Shown here piece by piece: positions 58,604-64,000 of a stretch of DNA of 64,000 nt; position 1 is the stretch's first letter; each line of letters starts with the position of its first letter. The notes under the pieces are model-generated. The model did no database searches and was not told the origin of the DNA. It saw nothing but the letters and a program-made list of their open reading frames with translations. The DNA comes from Euglena gracilis (lineage: Eukaryota), in NCBI GenBank assembly GCA_039621445.1, contig CP154954.1, positions 3,663,715 to 3,727,714 of the forward strand, written 5' to 3'. The position numbers were made by a program, and so were the translations under genes.

Positions 58604-58660
58604 GGTAGAGGTAGAGGGATAGAGGTAGAGGTAGAGGTAGAGGTAGAGGTAGAGGTAGAG
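58604..58660. repeat. (GTAGAG)n microsatellite; related runs at ~60387-60452
   Basis: Directly visible. Confidence 0.9.
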
Positions 58661-58671
58661 GTCACCTCTAC

Positions 58672-58980
58672 CCAAGACTGGGCATTCAATTCGCTCGTGA
58701 AAATTTTCCATCGTGAAATTTATGGCCGGCCGTTGAAAATTTCACGCATTTTTTCAAAAATTTCACTCGTCCTTAGTATGGAAGACGTATTTCCTTCGTT
58801 GCCCCTATTGCACGGAACAAAGAGATTTGTGTTCCTCTCGTGCCTGCGACGACGTTTTCACTTACTTTAACGTGTTTCGGACATACATCTCTCTAAGGTT
58901 TTGCGAACCCCCCCCGGGGGGGAGGCGGCTGCAGCCAGCCCCGATTTGGGCCCAGCCAAGCCGCAGCAGCACCCCCCCCC
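58672..58980. repeat. Dispersed ~300-bp repeat; near-identical direct copy at ~63655-63940
   Basis: CCAAGACTGGGCATTCAATTCGCTCGTGAAAATTTT...GCCGCAGCAGCACCCC. Confidence 0.9.
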
Positions 58981-61900
58981 GGGGGGGGTGCTGCTAGCCC
59001 TGCTAGCCAGCCCCTTTTTGGGCGGTCCAGCCCAAAATTTTTCGGCCCGAAGCGCCGAAATTTTTTGATGGGGGGGGTTGGACCCCCCAGGTTGAGGGGA
59101 TTCCCGTACAGACTTCCTGACACTTAGGGGGGGGTGCCAGTTTTCAGAACACACTCCGAGAAGAAAACCCTTTTGACAAAATTTTCAGGAAGACAAAGGC
59201 AGGAAACACAAGCAAAACCAAAACCAATCAAGAAAGTGCGCAATTAACAACAACAGAGTCCTGTGTTTTTTCTGCAAAACACCACAGGACCCTGACAAAC
59301 AGCTGCCAATACCTTCACATCTTCTTCTTCTTTTGTAACTTCTTTGACTAAAATTCACATTCTACACGTGGAACCTGTGAGTGGAAGAATCATGAAACAC
59401 AACACGCATGACGGACAAATCGGACGGAAAAAAAGAACATTGGCAAATCTGGCAAAATTCCAGAATGAAGCCACATGTCCTAAAATTAAAAGCACACAAT
59501 GCCAGGTGAAAACACACCCAAAACACAGGTCAAAGACAGAGCTGCAGCAAGCGTTCTCTGTGAAATGGAAGCAAAAGTTCCTTCATGTAAAACACCACCA
59601 GAAAACCAGATGGACCGTCAGAAAATGATAGAAAAACAGAACGCACAGTAGAAGACCTGCCACACAAGAGGGTGGCACTCAAAATTGTCACCCAGCGGAG
59701 CGTATTTTGGAAAAAATGGCAAATTTTTGAAAGTGGTCAAGATGCACCAGAAAAGACCAGGAGAACAATTCTTTAAAAGTCACCTTCAGGGGGGCATACC
59801 TGCTTCGACGTTCAGTAAATACTGCATCAATATATTCCCTATCCTTCAAATAGTTGGATTCTGAGTTCCAGACAAAGAAAAACAACGAATTTCAAGGGGG
59901 AGAACACACCAGTTTGCTCCCAATTAGGAAGTCCTTCGGTCCGCGATCGCCGCGAATGTTTAAAACGCCTTTCTGGGTGTTGGCCACCATCATCAAGGCC
60001 GGAAATTTCGGAAGCAGTCGGGAGGGAGAAAGGAAGTAGGATTCTCCCATTTTTTCAATGAAAATATTGAAATTTTTGAAAATTTTGAAATTTTCTGAAA
60101 AAATAAAAAAACGTGAAATTTGCCCAGTCTTGCCTCTACCTCTACCATCCCTCTATGTCACCTCAATGTCAAACTTCCAAGGGAAGTGGCTTATCAAAGA
60201 AAATTTACACCGAACAAAGGCAATTTTATGGAAAAAATCAGAAATTGGCCATTCTTGTCACAAATCTCTTATGTCAGTTTTTGAAACCACCCATCCGGAT
60301 ATTTTTTCTCATTCCTAACCTAAGTAAGATGTGTTGAGATGCTAATTTGCCAAATTTGAGGCATTTGGAGCCTTTTGTGGCCACATGGAGGTAGAGGTAG
60401 AGGTAGAGGTGGGTGAGATAGAGGTAGAGGACTTTGACCTCTACCTCTACCTCTATCCAGCCCTGATCGAAGGCACCCATCTTTTCCAACCTTGTCCTGC
60501 CGCGCTTTCACCCAGGCATCGGACTCCTCCTGCGTTGTGAAAAGTTCATGCGGGTCAATGCACCATCGCGCCCATCCCACAAAAACTTCGTCCAAAGTGG
60601 CAAAAACAACTGCATGCTGGGTGCAAATATCCATGAATTCCAAAAAAAACACTTCACCGCAGCATGGTTCTTGGGGCCTAGATCATCTTTTTCACCACTG
60701 GAGGGGAGGGTGCCCAAAATGGCATCCACTGCGGTGGCTCCTAGGGATCCGACGCCTTACAAAACAGCGGAAACCGGGATTGAACCCCGGATTTTCTTTT
60801 AAAAACAAGTGTTTTTAAACAGGTTTTTTCCAGAAAAAGCATGTTTTGTTTTAGAAAAACATTGTTTTATTAAACAAAAAATCGTTTTTAAAACGTTTTT
60901 TTATTCATGAATGTCTTCTTTGGTTGTTTTAAAGCAATAAAAACCACCACCTTTGCCCTCGGCGCTCCATGCCGATCCATACCAATGAAATTTTCTTCCA
61001 CTCCATAACTTTTGAGAAAATCTTACAAATGTCATGAAGTCACAAATGACTGTTGTTAGAATTTGCCTCTTTGGTTTTTGTACATTCCTGGTCGCACCTC
61101 GACCACATCCATGGTCACCTCCGTAACCGCTTGTCTAAGCCATCTGTTGATGCGCCGATGTTCATCAGAATGAATCCGGTGCCCCTTGGCATCTTGTTTC
61201 TTTGATCCCAAACCTTTTCGACGAGGAATTCTTCTTCAGCTATCTTGTTTTTTTTTCCCCTCGGACGGTTTGGTTAATCGAGCTGGCATAGCTGGCACTT
61301 CGTTTAAAACGAAGTCAAAAAAAACACGTTTTTTTAAAAAAAAACATGTTTTTTTAAAAAAAAAACAAAAAAAACGCCATTGAGGGTCCAGGGCAAAAAA
61401 AAAAATTGCCTTTAATTTTAGCTTTTTTGCCCATCCTCAGTCAGAGAAAGACACCAAATTTGGGATGTTTCAAGTTGAAACATCCCAAAATGGCAGAAAA
61501 ATGCCCTATTTTGACCATTCTTCTTGAAGACAACCAAAAGTATTGGTTTTCAAGTCATTTGAGCTAAGATTGGTTCACCCTTGCGATCAAAGGCAAAATT
61601 TGGACCATCATTTTCCCTTTGTTTTTTTTGCCGTTTTTTTTGCCCGTTTTTTTTAATAAAAAACAAAAAAAACGTTTTTTTAAAAAAAAACAAAAAAAAC
61701 GCCAGCTATGCGAGCTGGGGACCCCAGTTAATCGCAATTACCATTACCCCCCCCCCTAAACGACCCCCCCCCTAAATGACCCTCCGGGGTCCCGGCCCAG
61801 ACAATGGAAAATTTTTCAAGAAAAAGTCTTCAAAATCAACCGATTTTTTTGAGATTTTCAGAATCGTCAGTTTTCCTTCTAGTAGAAATGATGCCAGAGA

Positions 61901-62079
61901 ACACAAATTTCACAAATAAAATCCGAAAAAAGGGGGTGGGGGTGTCCGAGACCCTTTTTTTGCCGCCCCCCCCCCCCCAAGTGACCCTCCGGGGTCTGGG
62001 TCTGGGAGGGGGGTCATTTGGGGGGGGGGGGGTGATGGTAATCGGTTTGTTCTCGTTTTGACGGTTTATTGATCATCCC

Positions 62080-62497
62080 TGAAGGGATTTTGTTATTTTG
62101 GGGCCCTCGGACAGCTGAGCAACAAAGGGGATTTGACCCCCAAAAAGGGTTGGCAATACAAGGGATTTTGTACCCTCGCACAGTTGGGCAATAAAATGGA
62201 TTTGCCCCCCAAAAAGGGTTGGCAACACAAGGGATTTTGTTATTTTCGGGCTGAGCAACAAAGGGGATTTTCCCGAAACGGGTGGGCAACACACGGGATT
62301 TTGCTATTTTGGGGCCCTCGGATAGTTGAGTAACAAAGGGGGTTTACCCCCAAAACGACTTGGAAACACAAGGGATTTTGTTGTTTTGGGGCCCTCAAAC
62401 AGTTAAGCAAAAAAAATGGATTAGCCCCAAAACGGCTTGGAAACACAAGGGATTTTGTTATTTTGGGGCCCTCGGACAGTTGAGCAACAAAGGGGTG
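62080..62497. repeat. Tandem array with ~60-80 bp units (AAGGGATTTTGTTATTTTGGGGCCCTC...GAGCAACAAAGGGG)
   Basis: About 6 diverged units, followed by a CGACC/GGTCG palindromic block at 62565-62740. Confidence 0.8.
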
Positions 62498-63365
62498 TAT
62501 CAATACAGATAGAAAACAATTTTTTTTCATTTTTGGGGCCCGCAGACACTGGCGGTTACAGAGTGGGGGTCGACCGAGGGCTTGCAACGGTGGGAGGGGT
62601 CCGGTTGTGGGGTGGGGGTCGACCATGGTCGCCCTCGGTCGACCCCCACAACCTTCTCGGTCGACCCCCCCACGACCGAGGGCGACCGAGGGCGACCGAG
62701 GCGACTGGGACGACTGTGGGCCGACCATGGTCGACCCCCACTTCCCCCCTAGGCCAAAACTAGGAGCCTACAGGAGTGCGCCAAACATCGCGTGCAACTA
62801 ACATCGTGGGGATTTAAACCAAAGTGTCTTAATCCGCGGGCTCGTCCCGTCCGAGGGATTAATTCCGCGCGGTGGGCTGGCCTTAGTTTTTTTCAAATCT
62901 CCCGGCGGGATATTGCCAAAGAACCAGCATTCTCGGGGAAAACCATGACCAGGGACGGAGGGACCTCACTTTCACAGCACACAAAGGCAAGATGGGAACC
63001 CTACACGACCCCTTCTTTGTCTTGAGTTAGTGGCCTCTGCCGAACGCGACAGGTTGAAAAAGGGGGGGGGTTTCTTTCAAGCCATCGGACCAGTCCTGCT
63101 TGGTTTAGCTTGTGGGTGATAACATTTTTGTCCAAACCGAACTAAGTAGTTGGTCCATGAAAACCAAGGCGACAATCATTACCAAGGAGGTGTTCCCCCC
63201 ATGTCCCCCCCCCGCGTCCCCCCCAGCGTCCCCCCCCACGTCCCCCCCGCATCCTGGATTTTGGCCGGGCCCGTTTTTTTTTGGTCGACCAAAGGAAAAT
63301 TACATACAAATTTAGGTGATGCCAAAGAAAACGTGTGGGGGTGGTTGGGCCACGGTGCCCCCCCG

Positions 63366-63403
<38 letters not shown>

Positions 63404-64000
63404 CGTCCCGAACCCCCCCCCAAAAAAAGGGTTGATAGCAAAGCGCACAAATGCGAATGGCGTCCTGAATGTGCGGTTCACCAGAAATGTCCACACATAT
63501 GACGCGCAAATGGCAACATCGTCTGCATCCTTTCGGTTCTGTTTGAACACGAAACAACCAAACTCGAAAGAAGTGTTGATGGGGGTTTTAAGGAAAATTT
63601 TGGGCCGAAAAAATTTCCGAGCGCTTGGCGCTGAAAATTCAGGTACCCACCTGGCCAAGACTGGGCATTCAATTCGCTCGTGAAAATTTTCCATCGTGAA
63701 ATTTATGGCCGGCAGTTGAAAATTTCACGCATTTTTTCAAAAATTTCACTCGTCCTTAGTATGGAAGACGTATTTCCTTCGTTGTCCCTATTGCACGGAA
63801 CAAAGAGATTTGTGTTCCTCCCGTGCCTGCGACGAGGTTTTCACTTACTTTAACGTGTTTCGGACATACATCTCTCAAGGTTTTGCGGCTGCAGCCAGCC
63901 CCGATTTGGGCCCAGCCAAGCCGCAGCAGCACCCCCCCCCCCCCCCGTTTGAAATCCCAGTTTCTTCCGAAAAGCTTTTTCACCGAAAAACCCTGCACCT

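Overview
Repeat-rich eukaryotic nuclear DNA, almost certainly from a euglenid (Euglena-like). Support: an exact 26-nt Euglena spliced-leader (SL) sequence at 48848-48873, non-GT-AG stem-forming introns, and a Euglena-like EF-1alpha relic. (1) ~0.9-14.1 kb, minus strand: a host gene in 50-140 nt exons that join in frame across nonconventional introns. It encodes a TM / extracellular domain / TM / HAMP-like receptor, probably an adenylate/guanylate cyclase whose catalytic part lies left of the window. (2) ~15-34 kb: nested MITEs, hAT relics, a fragmented Helitron Rep/PIF1 ORF and a split EF-1alpha pseudogene. (3) 34920-45656: a young 10.7-kb Ty3/Gypsy element with 647-bp LTRs differing at 2 sites. 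It carries a C5-cytosine methyltransferase between Gag and protease and has no integrase and no TSD. (4) 47967-49293: a 1.3-kb non-coding LTR element (TRIM) with 390-bp LTRs and a 4-bp TSD. Its primer-binding site is the exact complement of the SL plus the first 30 nt after an AG acceptor in its own LTR, suggesting trans-splicing-dependent self-priming. This is the top finding. (5) 50-64 kb: degenerate tandem arrays, dispersed repeats and a non-LTR RT remnant. All calls were made by eye; no database searches were run.
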